From: Verrucomicrobiota bacterium
GTDB taxonomy: Bacteria; Verrucomicrobiota; Verrucomicrobiia; Palsa-1439
NCBI GenBank assembly: GCA_037146675.1
Contig: JBAWWR010000002.1
Location: forward strand, 1-58,184
Reading direction: 5' to 3'
Length of the DNA stretch: 58,184 nucleotides
Positions 1-8,799 of the stretch are shown piece by piece (position 1 is the first letter of the stretch; each line of letters begins with the position of its first letter). The notes below the pieces were generated by a model that searched no databases, was not told the origin of the DNA, and worked only from the letters and a program-made list of their open reading frames with translations. The translations under genes and the position numbers were made by a program.

Positions 1-698
1 CCGCCGAGGAGACTGGTGACGTTGCTGCTGATTGACACGGCCATGCGGCCGGAGCACAACGGCACGGTCAAATCGCAGGGCCCGCAGATATTCACGACGC
101 ACGCCACGCGGCTCGACAAGTTCGTGAACGGACCGAGGTTGCCGTCGAGCGTGGTCACGTTGCCGCTTGTGCCCAGCAACGAGGCGAGCAGGCCGCCTGC
201 CGAGCCACCGAATACGCCGATGCGGTTCGGGTCGATATTGAGTTCCTGGGCGTGACCGCGAATCCAGCGGATGGCGGCTTTGCAGTCGTGAATCTGCGCC
301 GGCCAGTGCGCTTCGTTTGTCAACCGATAGCCGACACCGACGGCCACGTACTCGCCCGACGCTGCGAGGTCGCAAGCGCGCTCGGTGAAGAACTGACGGT
401 TGCCGCCACCCCAACCGCCGCCGTGAACAAAAGCCACCACGGGCAAGGGCCGGTCGCTGGTCCGTTTCTTTGGCAGGTAGACATCCACCATTTGGCGCGG
501 ATTGTTGCCATTACCAACCGGCAGGTCCCGGCGGATTTCAACGGTGTCCGTGTACCGGGCGGCGATCTCGGCCGGCATCTCAGGCCGTTTCCGCTTTTCG
601 GGCGTTTCGGCCGGGGCCGGCACGATGGTCGTGAGAACGATGAGACCGGCGAGGAAAAGAATTTGGCGGCAAGTCCGGTGAGAAGACCTCGTATTCAT
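1..698 (-). CDS. alpha/beta-hydrolase fold esterase/lipase, probably secreted; C-terminus runs off the left edge
   Basis: Absent from the ORF track because it has no stop inside the window. The reverse complement from ATG (698-696) is open to base 1: MNTRSSHRTCRQILFLAGLIVLTTIVPAPAET... (signal-peptide-like). It then reads VVAFVHGGGWGGGN (HGGG oxyanion motif) and GVFGGSAGG (GxSxG nucleophile elbow). Confidence 0.75.
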   Translation of the reverse strand, partial: MNTRSSHRTCRQILFLAGLIVLTTIVPAPAETPEKRKRPEMPAEIAARYTDTVEIRRDLPVGNGNNPRQMVDVYLPKKRTSDRPLPVVAFVHGGGWGGGNRQFFTERACDLAASGEYVAVGVGYRLTNEAHWPAQIHDCKAAIRWIRGHAQELNIDPNRIGVFGGSAGGLLASLLGTSGNVTTLDGNLGPFTNLSSRVACVVNICGPCDLTVPLCSGRMAVSISSNVTSLLG

Positions 699-752
699 TA
701 ATGACCCGTATAATCGGTAACCGGTAAAACGTCAATATTCCGCAACACAGAC

Positions 753-1544
753 TTGACGCAGGGGGTGCGCTCGTTTCATTCTCCCGATTGGATGGAACAG
801 ATTACCTATAAATCCGTTGGCGCGGTCGAGTTGAAGTTGCATCTTTTCCGGCCCGCGGCGACGGCGGCCGGGTTGCGTTCGGCGATTGTATTTTTCTTCG
901 GTGGCGGCTGGACGACGGGATCGCCGGGAACATTTTACCCACATTGCCGGCATTTGGCTGAACTGGGCATGGTGGCCGTCGCGGCGGAATACCGGGTGCG
1001 CGACCGGCATGGGACGTCGGCATTCGAGTGTGTTGCCGACGGTAAGTCGGCTGTCCGATGGTTGCGCGCGCACGCGGCGGAGTTTGGAATCGATCCGCAC
1101 CGCATCGCGGCTGGTGGTGGTTCGGCTGGCGGACATGTGGCCGCATGCGCAGCGACGATTACCGGCGGCGAGGATGAGACCGGGTTTGTCAGTTCGCAGC
1201 CGGATGCGCTGGTCTTGTTTAACCCGGCCGTGGATGCGACGCTGGCGATGTTTGCCGACCGGTTTGCTGGACGCGCGACGGAGATTTCACCCGTGCATCA
1301 CGTCAGGCCCGGTCAGTCGCCGACAATCATCTTTCACGGGACGGAGGATAAGATCGTGCCCTATGAAAATGTTGAGCGGTTTACGCGGTTGATGACGGCG
1401 GCCGGCAATCGCTGCGAGCTGGTGCCGTTTCCCGGCAAGGAGCACGGCTTCTACCATTATGGCGACGGCACCGGCAGCGAGCCGTATCACTCGACGATTG
1501 CGGCTACCGATCAATTTTTGAGTGCGCTTGGTTTTATTTCCTGA
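753..1544 (+). CDS. alpha/beta-hydrolase fold esterase (paralogue of the divergent neighbour)
   Basis: Contains FFFGGGW and GGGSAGGH motifs, with a C-terminal FHGTEDKIVP...HGF consistent with an Asp/His triad region. The ORF-track start is TTG at 753. ATG at 792 (MEQITYKS...) is an equally plausible start. Confidence 0.8.
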   Translation: MTQGVRSFHSPDWMEQITYKSVGAVELKLHLFRPAATAAGLRSAIVFFFGGGWTTGSPGTFYPHCRHLAELGMVAVAAEYRVRDRHGTSAFECVADGKSAVRWLRAHAAEFGIDPHRIAAGGGSAGGHVAACAATITGGEDETGFVSSQPDALVLFNPAVDATLAMFADRFAGRATEISPVHHVRPGQSPTIIFHGTEDKIVPYENVERFTRLMTAAGNRCELVPFPGKEHGFYHYGDGTGSEPYHSTIAATDQFLSALGFIS

Positions 1545-1545
1545 C

Positions 1546-2226
1546 ATGATGCCCGGCATGATTCAGGTAACGCAAAGCTGGGACGATGGGGTGCACGATG
1601 ACGTGCGCCTGATCGAATTACTCCGGAAGTACCGGGCCAAGGCGACGTTCAACCTAATTTCAGGTGCACACCGGGCGGAGCGGTTTTCCAATTGGAAGTA
1701 TCAGGACACGAAACCGGTTTATCATCTGGCCCTGTCGGAGTTGGTGGAGTTGTACCGGGGGTTCGAGGTGGCGAGTCACACTGTCACGCATCCCCATCTG
1801 GAGCAATTGCCGTCGGAGAAGGTCGCTTGGGAGTTGGCGGAGAGCCGGAAGCAGTTGGAGGACATCTTTCAGCGGCCGGTCCGTGGGTTCGCATACCCGT
1901 TCGGCACGTTCAACGCCGCCGTGAAAGAGGAAATCCGCCGGCAGGGATACGTTTATGCCCGGACGGGTCGTCGGTTGCCGGCGCGGGATGTTTATCCGCC
2001 GGCTGATCCGATGGAGTTCGGGATTACGACGTGGTTTTCGAGTGAGTCATTTTGGGATGAGTTTGCTCGGGTCAAGCAGGCGGGCGGCGTGTTTGCTTTC
2101 ATCGGACATAGTTATGAATTCGTGACCGAAGCAATGTGGACGGAATTCGAGGAAAAACTCGCCCGGCTCAGTGCCGACCCGGAAGTTTGTTGGACGACAA
2201 ACATCGAGCTATTCACGGCCGCCTGA
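1546..2226 (+). CDS. polysaccharide deacetylase (NodB homology / CE4-like)
   Basis: Contains SWDDGVHDD and SHTVTHPHL, the NodB-type metal-binding motifs. ATG at 1546 lies just after the upstream stop (1542-1544). The track start at 1522 is an in-frame GTG that overlaps the previous gene. Confidence 0.8.
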   Translation: MMPGMIQVTQSWDDGVHDDVRLIELLRKYRAKATFNLISGAHRAERFSNWKYQDTKPVYHLALSELVELYRGFEVASHTVTHPHLEQLPSEKVAWELAESRKQLEDIFQRPVRGFAYPFGTFNAAVKEEIRRQGYVYARTGRRLPARDVYPPADPMEFGITTWFSSESFWDEFARVKQAGGVFAFIGHSYEFVTEAMWTEFEEKLARLSADPEVCWTTNIELFTAA

Positions 2227-2253
2227 CGACAATTCACATAAGGATTCTCCGCG

Positions 2254-2643
2254 ATGTCCAATGTACCGAAGATCATTCCCAAGCCCATCATTCTTGGCTT
2301 CTTTCTGCTCGGTCTGCTTTCTTCTGTCGCGTTTCGCGCCATCCTCTTGCTGCAGAAATACGAACCCCATTATGTCCGGCCTGTCTGGTATTTTGGCGTG
2401 ATCGGCTATCTGGTGTTCTTCGTCTACCGCTACTACATATCGCAGCGGCGCAAGCGCACAATCATCCGGTCGAATCTCATCGAGAAGGTTCGCGCCGGTG
2501 TCCCGCTCACACCTGAGGAGCGCGACGCCAATCTGTATCTGCTGAACTCAATCCAGAAATCGCAGGAAGACTGGAATTACCTCGCGATTTTTATCCTCTC
2601 CATTGTCGCCATCGCTTTGGACTGCCTCTTGCCCGGGAAATGA
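2254..2643 (+). CDS. small integral membrane protein, function unknown
   Basis: 129 aa with three hydrophobic segments (IILGFFLLGLLSSVAF, VWYFGVIGYLVFFVY, LAIFILSIVAIAL). I recognise no family. Confidence 0.5.
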   Translation: MSNVPKIIPKPIILGFFLLGLLSSVAFRAILLLQKYEPHYVRPVWYFGVIGYLVFFVYRYYISQRRKRTIIRSNLIEKVRAGVPLTPEERDANLYLLNSIQKSQEDWNYLAIFILSIVAIALDCLLPGK

Positions 2644-2882
2644 GCCCAGCTGCGCGAGATCCGCACTTTGTGACTTGACGCTCGGAGCCGATCATATCCA
2701 TATTACAATCTTACGGAAGGTGGTGGAACGAATCCGGGCAGTGTTGGGGCAGCCAGATGTCACGCCAAGAAGAGGAAGAAGAACATGCCAGCCTATCCGC
2801 TTTGTGACTTTGCGTCTTTGCGTGAACCAGTTGGTACCGGCATCTGCTGGCCAATTTGAAATGAATCCGGTAGGGTGAGGGC

Positions 2883-4568
2883 TTGATGAATCGTCGCGCA
2901 TTTACGCCGGGGACTGTGGCGCTGCTGGTGGGGCTGGCAGCGTTTCTCGGACTTTTTCTCGTTTACCCGGCCGGCTACATCTTGCGTGGGGCGCTGGTGG
3001 TCGACGGCCACTGGACTTTTGATTTCTTCCGGCTGGCGTTGCAGAGTCCGTTAATCCGCGGAGCGCTGGTCAATAGTTTCCTGCTCGCGGTGGCGGTGAC
3101 GGCATTGACGACGCTGCTGGCGTTGCCGTTGGCGCATGTGTTCACCCGGTATGCATTTCGCGGGAAGACGGTGCTGAGCGCGCTGTTGCTGGTGCCGATG
3201 ATCATGCCGCCATTTGTGGGGGCAATCGGGATGCGGCAGTTCTTGGCCCGGTATGGCTCGGTGAATTTGCTATTTGGTACGCACGTGGACTGGCTCGGCG
3301 CGGGCGGGTTCTGGGGCGTGATGCTGTTGCAGACGCTGAACCTGTATCCGATTATGTTCCTAAATCTGTCGGCGGCGATGGCCAACGTGGACCCGACGTT
3401 GCGGGAGTCGGCCGAAAATTTGGGGGCGAGCGCGTGGCGGGTGTTCCGGACGGTGACGCTGCCGTTGGTGGCGCCGGGATATTTTGCGGGGGCGATCATT
3501 GTGTTTGTCTGGGCGTTCACGGATTTGGGGACGCCGCTGATGTTCGGGTTCAACCGGGTGGTGGCGGTGCAGATCTTCGACCGAGTGACGGACGTAGGGA
3601 CGAATCCGATGGGCTATGTGCTGGTGTGCGTGGTGTTGGTGCTGACGGTGGTGCTGTTCCTGTTGTCGAAGCGGCTGCTGGCGACGCGCCGGTATGAGAT
3701 GTTGGCGCGCGGGCATACCGGTGGCGCGGCGGAGAAAGTACTCACCGGTAAGGCGGAGTGGCTGTTGCAGGCCGGGTTGGTGGCGTTCATCGGGGTGACG
3801 CTGTTGCCGCATTTGAGCGTGGTGCTGGAGTCGCTCGCCGGTAAATGGTTTTTCTCGGTGTTGCCGGAGGCGGTGACGGGCCGGCATTACGTGGATGTGT
3901 TCACGCATCCGCTGACGATGTCGGGGATGCGGAACAGTTTGTTTTATTCGTCGCTGAGCGCGGGGGTGGATTTGGTGTTGGGCGTGGCGATTGCGTACCT
4001 GGTGGTGCGGAAACAGATTCCCGGCGCGCAGGTGCTGGATGTGCTGGCGATGTTGCCGCTGGCGTTGCCGGGGCTGGTGCTGGCGTTTGGTTATCTGGGC
4101 GGATTCAATGTGAACCTCGACTGGTTGAACCCGCGCACGAATCCGACGGTGTTGCTGGTGGTGGCGTACTCCGTGCGCCGGTTGCCGTACATTGTGCGGT
4201 CGGCGTATGCCGGCTTCCAGCAGACGAGCGTGACGCTGGAGGAAGCGTCGTTGAATCTCGGGGCGTCGCAATGGCGGACGTTGCGCAAGATCACGATTCC
4301 GCTGGTGATGGCGAACTTAGTGGCCGGCACGATTCTGACGTTCAGCTACGCGATGCTGGAGGTGAGCGACAGCTTGATTCTGGCGATGCGCGAGAAGTTT
4401 TACCCGGTCACGAAGACGATCTACGCGCTGGTGGGTCGCATCGAGCCGAACGCGGTCAGCGTGGCGAGCGCGCTCGGCGTGCTGGGGATGTTGCTGCTGA
4501 CGATCAGCCTGTTGGTGGCGAGCAAGACGCTCGGTAAGAAGTTGGGGCAGTTGTTCAGGGCAAGCTGA
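2883..4568 (+). CDS. ABC transporter permease with duplicated transmembrane domains (Fe3+/thiamine/2-AEP type, FbpB/ThiP-like)
   Basis: 561 aa containing two BPD_transp_1-like halves, each with an EAA-loop-like segment (ESAENLGASAWRVFRTVTLP and EEASLNLGASQWRTLRKITIP). No ATPase or binding-protein gene is adjacent. Confidence 0.85.
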   Translation: MMNRRAFTPGTVALLVGLAAFLGLFLVYPAGYILRGALVVDGHWTFDFFRLALQSPLIRGALVNSFLLAVAVTALTTLLALPLAHVFTRYAFRGKTVLSALLLVPMIMPPFVGAIGMRQFLARYGSVNLLFGTHVDWLGAGGFWGVMLLQTLNLYPIMFLNLSAAMANVDPTLRESAENLGASAWRVFRTVTLPLVAPGYFAGAIIVFVWAFTDLGTPLMFGFNRVVAVQIFDRVTDVGTNPMGYVLVCVVLVLTVVLFLLSKRLLATRRYEMLARGHTGGAAEKVLTGKAEWLLQAGLVAFIGVTLLPHLSVVLESLAGKWFFSVLPEAVTGRHYVDVFTHPLTMSGMRNSLFYSSLSAGVDLVLGVAIAYLVVRKQIPGAQVLDVLAMLPLALPGLVLAFGYLGGFNVNLDWLNPRTNPTVLLVVAYSVRRLPYIVRSAYAGFQQTSVTLEEASLNLGASQWRTLRKITIPLVMANLVAGTILTFSYAMLEVSDSLILAMREKFYPVTKTIYALVGRIEPNAVSVASALGVLGMLLLTISLLVASKTLGKKLGQLFRAS

Positions 4569-5472
4569 CGCGCAACAGGCGTGCGTTGCCGGTTAAGTTG
4601 TAATCGCCAAGCGTCGCCGGTAATAAAACGAATTCGCCTGGCGCCAGTGCCACGTCGTTCACGCGTAGGTTGCCGGTAACGCCGCCGAGAATTTGAAAGC
4701 TTTTACTATCACAGCGACCGGTGAGTTCGCCGGTAACGTCCAGTTGCTCGACTACAAAATGTTCACACTTGATTGGGAGTGGTGTCGGGACCGGCTCGAA
4801 GTCGTTGAAATCAATTGAAGCGAGCGATTCTCGAATGTGAAGTGGGCGCGGCTTACCGGTGTCGTCCACGCGATCCCAGTCGTAGGCCCGGTAAGTGGTG
4901 TCGGAATTTTGTTGGATCTCGGCAATGACCAGCCCGGCGCCGATAGCGTGGAGTCGGCCGGATGGCACGAACAAAGCGTCACCGGCGCGGACAGAAAATT
5001 GGTGGAAACATTTTTGGAAAGCCGAGCCGCCTTGCTTAATTGCGGCTTCAAATTGCTGGCGCGTAGTGCCGCGCCGCAGGCCGGCAATCAACAAGGCATC
5101 AGGCATTGCGTCGAGGATGTACCACATCTCGGTTTTGGGTTCACCGCCGAGCAATGCGGCGAGGGTGGCCGGTGGATGAACCTGGAGAGAGAGTCGGTCG
5201 CGGGCGTCGAGTAATTTGACAATGAGCGGGAAACGGTTGCTCCGGCAATTGGCGCCGAGTAACTGTGCGCCGTGTTGCTGGATTAATTGATGGAGTGTCT
5301 GGCCGGCGTCAGGGCCGTTAGCGACGACGGATTGGGCGTCAGCACGGTCGCTGATTTCCCAGCTTTCACCGATGCGTTTACCGGCGGGGATGGCTTTGCC
5401 GTAGCGGGTGAGTGCGCTGCCGCCCCAGAGGCGTTCGACGAGAATGGGCTTAAACTTGTATGGATAAAGCAT
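4555..5472 (-). CDS. manA: type I phosphomannose isomerase (cupin, Bacillus ManA-like)
   Basis: MLYPYKFKPILVERLWGG is a typical N-terminus for this family, followed by SWEISD and LSLQVHP metal-site motifs. The track ORF extends to 5685, but that extra N-terminus is low-complexity and would overlap the ftsK promoter region. ATG at 5472 was chosen. The 3' end overlaps the convergent permease by 14 nt. Confidence 0.8.
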   Translation of the reverse strand: MLYPYKFKPILVERLWGGSALTRYGKAIPAGKRIGESWEISDRADAQSVVANGPDAGQTLHQLIQQHGAQLLGANCRSNRFPLIVKLLDARDRLSLQVHPPATLAALLGGEPKTEMWYILDAMPDALLIAGLRRGTTRQQFEAAIKQGGSAFQKCFHQFSVRAGDALFVPSGRLHAIGAGLVIAEIQQNSDTTYRAYDWDRVDDTGKPRPLHIRESLASIDFNDFEPVPTPLPIKCEHFVVEQLDVTGELTGRCDSKSFQILGGVTGNLRVNDVALAPGEFVLLPATLGDYNLTGNARLLRVSLP

Positions 5473-5575
5473 GTTGCGCTTGCAGTTGTCGCGTGTTTGA
5501 CCTAGGGTTCCGCGTCGAAGGAGGAATTGCAAGCTGAAACAGTCGGAACATTCACACATCCGTGAGATTTGGGCC

Positions 5576-8005
5576 GTGGCCTTGGTCGGCTTGTCGTTGC
5601 TGCTTCTACTGAGTCTGGTTTCGTACGAGCCATTCGACGTCGGTAATCGCGCCAGCAACGCAGTGCAGCCAGTGCACAACTTCATCGGCCCGGTCGGCGC
5701 GTGGTTGGCATTTGGGACATTTCAAGTCTTCGGCGTCGCCGCCTATTTTCTAATGCTCGTGCTGGCGGTCATTGGCGTGTTACTGCTCCTGCAACAGGAA
5801 GTGCCGTGGCGCGGGAAGTTTGGCGCGGGGTTGTTGTTGCTGCTGTCGTCGAGTTGCCTCTTGCATGTTGCCGGGTTGCGAGCGGTTGTGAAGGTGTTGA
5901 ATCTGCCGGATAGCGCGGGTGGCTATGTCGGGCTCTTTGTCGGCGACGCCTTTCAACGCACTGTCGGCAAACCGGGGACGCTGATTATTTTTGGCGTCGG
6001 TTATGTTGTCAGTCTGATCTTGCTGATTAATTTCCGACCGAGCTACTGGGTGAAATTGGCCGTGAGTAATTATCGGGATTTGTGGGCCGGCCTGCGCGGT
6101 AAGTCAAAGCGCGATGTGTCACAGGTACTTTCCGAAAAAGGCCGCGACATCCGAGTTCAGGAGGTTGATGTTGGCCGCAAGCTGGCGCAAACAGAAAAAG
6201 CCGCCCAAAAACTCGAAGACGAAAACAAGCCAGTCATGCCGGTGCCGCCACCGAAGTATGTCGATTCAACCTGGCCGCAGTCGACTGCGCCGGCACCCGA
6301 GCCGGTTAAGGAAAAGAAATCCAAAGTCGAGCCGGCCAAAGTCGAGCCGTCCGTCGTGCCGACGCCGGTCACCGTAGCGCCACCGGCCGCTCCGATAGTC
6401 CTGCCACCGGTTCCCAAACCAAAACGCGAGAAACCCGCCGAAGTTGAAAAAGCCGTGTTAGGTGGCGCTACTGCGGCCGATGGCGAGCAATTTGTCTTGC
6501 CGCCGTTGGACTTGTTGGAGCAGCCACCAGAACCGGCAGCGCGGAACATTGTGGACGACCTCAAAGCTAGCGCGAAGATTCTGAAGGATACCGTTCGCGA
6601 GTTTGGCATTGAGGTCGAGTCCGGCGATGTAACCAAAGGGCCGACTGTCACACTGTTTGAGTTGCATCCGGCGCCGGGCGTCCGCGTTGAGAAAATTGCC
6701 GCCTTGTCCAATAACGTCGCGATGGCGATGCGGGCTGAAAAAGTTCGCATTCTCGCGCCTGTCCCCGGGAAGGGCACGGTGGGCGTTGAGGTGCCGAATA
6801 TATCCCGCACGACCGTTTACCTGCGCGATATGCTGGAGTCCGACGAATGGCGCAATCATAAAGGCGGAATCCCGGTCACACTGGGTCGGGATGTGAAGGG
6901 GCGGGCGATCATTGGGGACTTGGCGGGGATGCCGCATTTATTAATTGCCGGCGCGACAGGTTCCGGCAAGACCGTTTGCGTGAATTCCATTCTGGCGTCC
7001 TTGCTCTACCGGTATACGGCGGAAGATTTACGGTTGGTGCTGATTGACCCGAAGATGGTCGAGATGCAGCATTACAACACATTGCCGCACCTCGTCGTGC
7101 CGGTTGTTACCGAGTCGAAGAAAGTGCCGCTCGCATTGGGTTGGGTCATCCGTGAAATGGAAAAGCGCTTTCAGATTTTTGCCAAGTCTGGTGTTCGCAA
7201 TATTACCTCGTTTAATTCGCGAGAAAAAAAACCGCCTGCAGCCGCACCGACGCCAGCGCCCGGTCAGCCGGAACAAGACGAACTCAAAATCGAAGTCCCG
7301 CGTGATTTTGATCTTATCATTCCGGAAAAAATGCCGTTTATCGTAGTTGTCGTGGACGAGTTAGCCGACCTGATGGTGACGGTTGGCAAAGATGTTGAAA
7401 TGGCCATCTCGCGGCTGACCGCACTCGGACGTGCCGCCGGCATCCATCTCGTCGTGGCCACGCAACGGCCCAGCGTCAACGTCGTCACCGGCGTCATCAA
7501 AGCCAACATCCCGGCGCGGATCGCATTTCAAGTCGCCTCTATGCAGGACTCGCGCGTCATTCTCGATAGCCCCGGCGCCGAAAAATTGCTCGGCAAAGGT
7601 GATATGATTTATGAGGCTGGCTCTGGCAGAGCTGTGCGCGCGCAAGGCGTGTTGGTGCTCGACAAGGAAATTAACGACATTGTTGATTTCATCAGCGCGA
7701 AAGCCCGGCCGAAGTTTGAACCAGAGCTGGAACGGAAGTTAAAACACGGCACGACTAACTTGCCTGAAGCCGAGGAAGATGACGCAGACGAAGAGCTGAT
7801 CGAACAGTGTATCGAAGTCATCCGCCAAACCAATCGCGCCAGCGTGTCCATCTTGCAGCGCCGCTTGCGTCTCGGCTACACCCGCGCTGCGCGGGTTATG
7901 GATACCCTCGAAGAACGCGGCATCGTTGGTCCGAACCGCGGTGCTGAGCCGCGCGAGATTTTAATGGACCTTGGTAGCAGTGCTGCCGAGCCTGACGAGG
8001 CGTAG
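5576..8005 (+). CDS. ftsK: DNA translocase FtsK
   Basis: N-terminal transmembrane helices, a Pro/Lys-rich linker, a Walker A motif (GATGSGKT), VVVDELADLM (Walker B) and a C-terminal winged-helix gamma domain (SVSILQRRLRLGYTRAARVMD). GTG start; no ATG lies between the in-frame upstream stop (5498-5500) and 5576. Confidence 0.9.
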   Translation: MALVGLSLLLLLSLVSYEPFDVGNRASNAVQPVHNFIGPVGAWLAFGTFQVFGVAAYFLMLVLAVIGVLLLLQQEVPWRGKFGAGLLLLLSSSCLLHVAGLRAVVKVLNLPDSAGGYVGLFVGDAFQRTVGKPGTLIIFGVGYVVSLILLINFRPSYWVKLAVSNYRDLWAGLRGKSKRDVSQVLSEKGRDIRVQEVDVGRKLAQTEKAAQKLEDENKPVMPVPPPKYVDSTWPQSTAPAPEPVKEKKSKVEPAKVEPSVVPTPVTVAPPAAPIVLPPVPKPKREKPAEVEKAVLGGATAADGEQFVLPPLDLLEQPPEPAARNIVDDLKASAKILKDTVREFGIEVESGDVTKGPTVTLFELHPAPGVRVEKIAALSNNVAMAMRAEKVRILAPVPGKGTVGVEVPNISRTTVYLRDMLESDEWRNHKGGIPVTLGRDVKGRAIIGDLAGMPHLLIAGATGSGKTVCVNSILASLLYRYTAEDLRLVLIDPKMVEMQHYNTLPHLVVPVVTESKKVPLALGWVIREMEKRFQIFAKSGVRNITSFNSREKKPPAAAPTPAPGQPEQDELKIEVPRDFDLIIPEKMPFIVVVVDELADLMVTVGKDVEMAISRLTALGRAAGIHLVVATQRPSVNVVTGVIKANIPARIAFQVASMQDSRVILDSPGAEKLLGKGDMIYEAGSGRAVRAQGVLVLDKEINDIVDFISAKARPKFEPELERKLKHGTTNLPEAEEDDADEELIEQCIEVIRQTNRASVSILQRRLRLGYTRAARVMDTLEERGIVGPNRGAEPREILMDLGSSAAEPDEA

Positions 8006-8105
8006 CTCCGCCATTCTAGGCGGCACAAAATGCGACTCGCATTTACGACGCTGTTAAAAAGTTCTTGGCAGCGGACGCCGCCTGTGGTTAATAGTTGTCA
8101 GTCGT

Positions 8106-8798
8106 ATGAAACTTGTCTCTGGTCTATTTTGTTCGTCGCTTGGTCGGAAATTTTTGATGGCGTTGACGGGTGTGGCATTGGTGATGTTTGTCGTGGTCCA
8201 CATGGTCGGCAATCTACAATTTTTTCTCGGCCGGGAAGTTATTAATCATTACGCGCACGTTTTGAAATCCAATCCGGAACTGCTTTGGCCGTCGCGCGTC
8301 GGGTTGCTCAGCTGTGTCATTATTCACATCGCGATGGCGATTTGGCTGACTTGCGAAAACCAGACAAAACGCCTCGCCGGTTACGCTGTGAACGATGTTG
8401 GAGCGGCTTCATTGGCTGCGCGCACCATGATTTATAGCGGTGCAATTATCGCAGCATTTATCATTTATCATCTCCTCCACTACACCGTTCTGGTGCAGTC
8501 CGTCAATCTGACCGGGCAGGATTTTAGCGCGTTCCGTGATGCTCATGGACAGCCAGATGTCTATCGGATGATGATTATCGGATTCTCAAATCCAACTGTC
8601 AGCGGATTTTATTTACTTGGAGTCGGGTTGCTCTGTTTTCATCTCAGCCACGGCATTTGGGCGATGCTCCAATCATTAGGCTTGGTCAATGCAGTCTACC
8701 GGGAAGTAATCGAACGAATTTCAGCGATTGGTGCCGTGTTGCTTTTCATCGGTTACGCTTCCATTCCAGTAGCAATTCTAACCGGCGTGGTGAAATAA
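8106..8798 (+). CDS. sdhC: succinate dehydrogenase/fumarate reductase cytochrome b subunit (single large membrane anchor)
   Basis: 230 aa with five predicted transmembrane helices and conserved His residues. It lies immediately upstream of sdhA and sdhB, 1 nt from the sdhA start. Confidence 0.8.
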   Translation: MKLVSGLFCSSLGRKFLMALTGVALVMFVVVHMVGNLQFFLGREVINHYAHVLKSNPELLWPSRVGLLSCVIIHIAMAIWLTCENQTKRLAGYAVNDVGAASLAARTMIYSGAIIAAFIIYHLLHYTVLVQSVNLTGQDFSAFRDAHGQPDVYRMMIIGFSNPTVSGFYLLGVGLLCFHLSHGIWAMLQSLGLVNAVYREVIERISAIGAVLLFIGYASIPVAILTGVVK

Positions 8799-8799
8799 T

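Noticed and set aside
2644-2882. Possible TPP (or other) riboswitch upstream of the thiamine/iron-type ABC permease.
   Set aside because: The segment gaaccagttggtaccggcatc vaguely resembles the TPP P4/P5 strand. However, the CUGAGA box and the conserved pyrimidine-sensor helix are absent, and no consistent fold could be drawn.
3360-4271. Long antisense or alternative-frame ORFs throughout the window. Examples: 3360-4271 -, 9865-10689 -, 32218-33042 -, 37305-38051 -, 52594-53178 -, 54486-55406 -, 55970-56788 -, 27923-28636 +.
   Set aside because: Each lies inside a well-supported gene with clear family motifs on the other strand or frame. Their translations are Arg/Pro/His/Gln-rich and low-complexity, as is typical of shadow ORFs in high-GC DNA. 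None has an RBS or a recognisable domain.
5501-5533. CCTAGG hexamer followed 18 nt later by AATTGCA, upstream of ftsK, as a seventh copy of the bipartite motif.
   Set aside because: The downstream block is not GTCCGATTG, and the spacing to the shared ATTGC core differs by 2 nt. CCTAGG alone also occurs in coding DNA (for example near 17635) and in the tRNA (as CCTAGG at about 16325).
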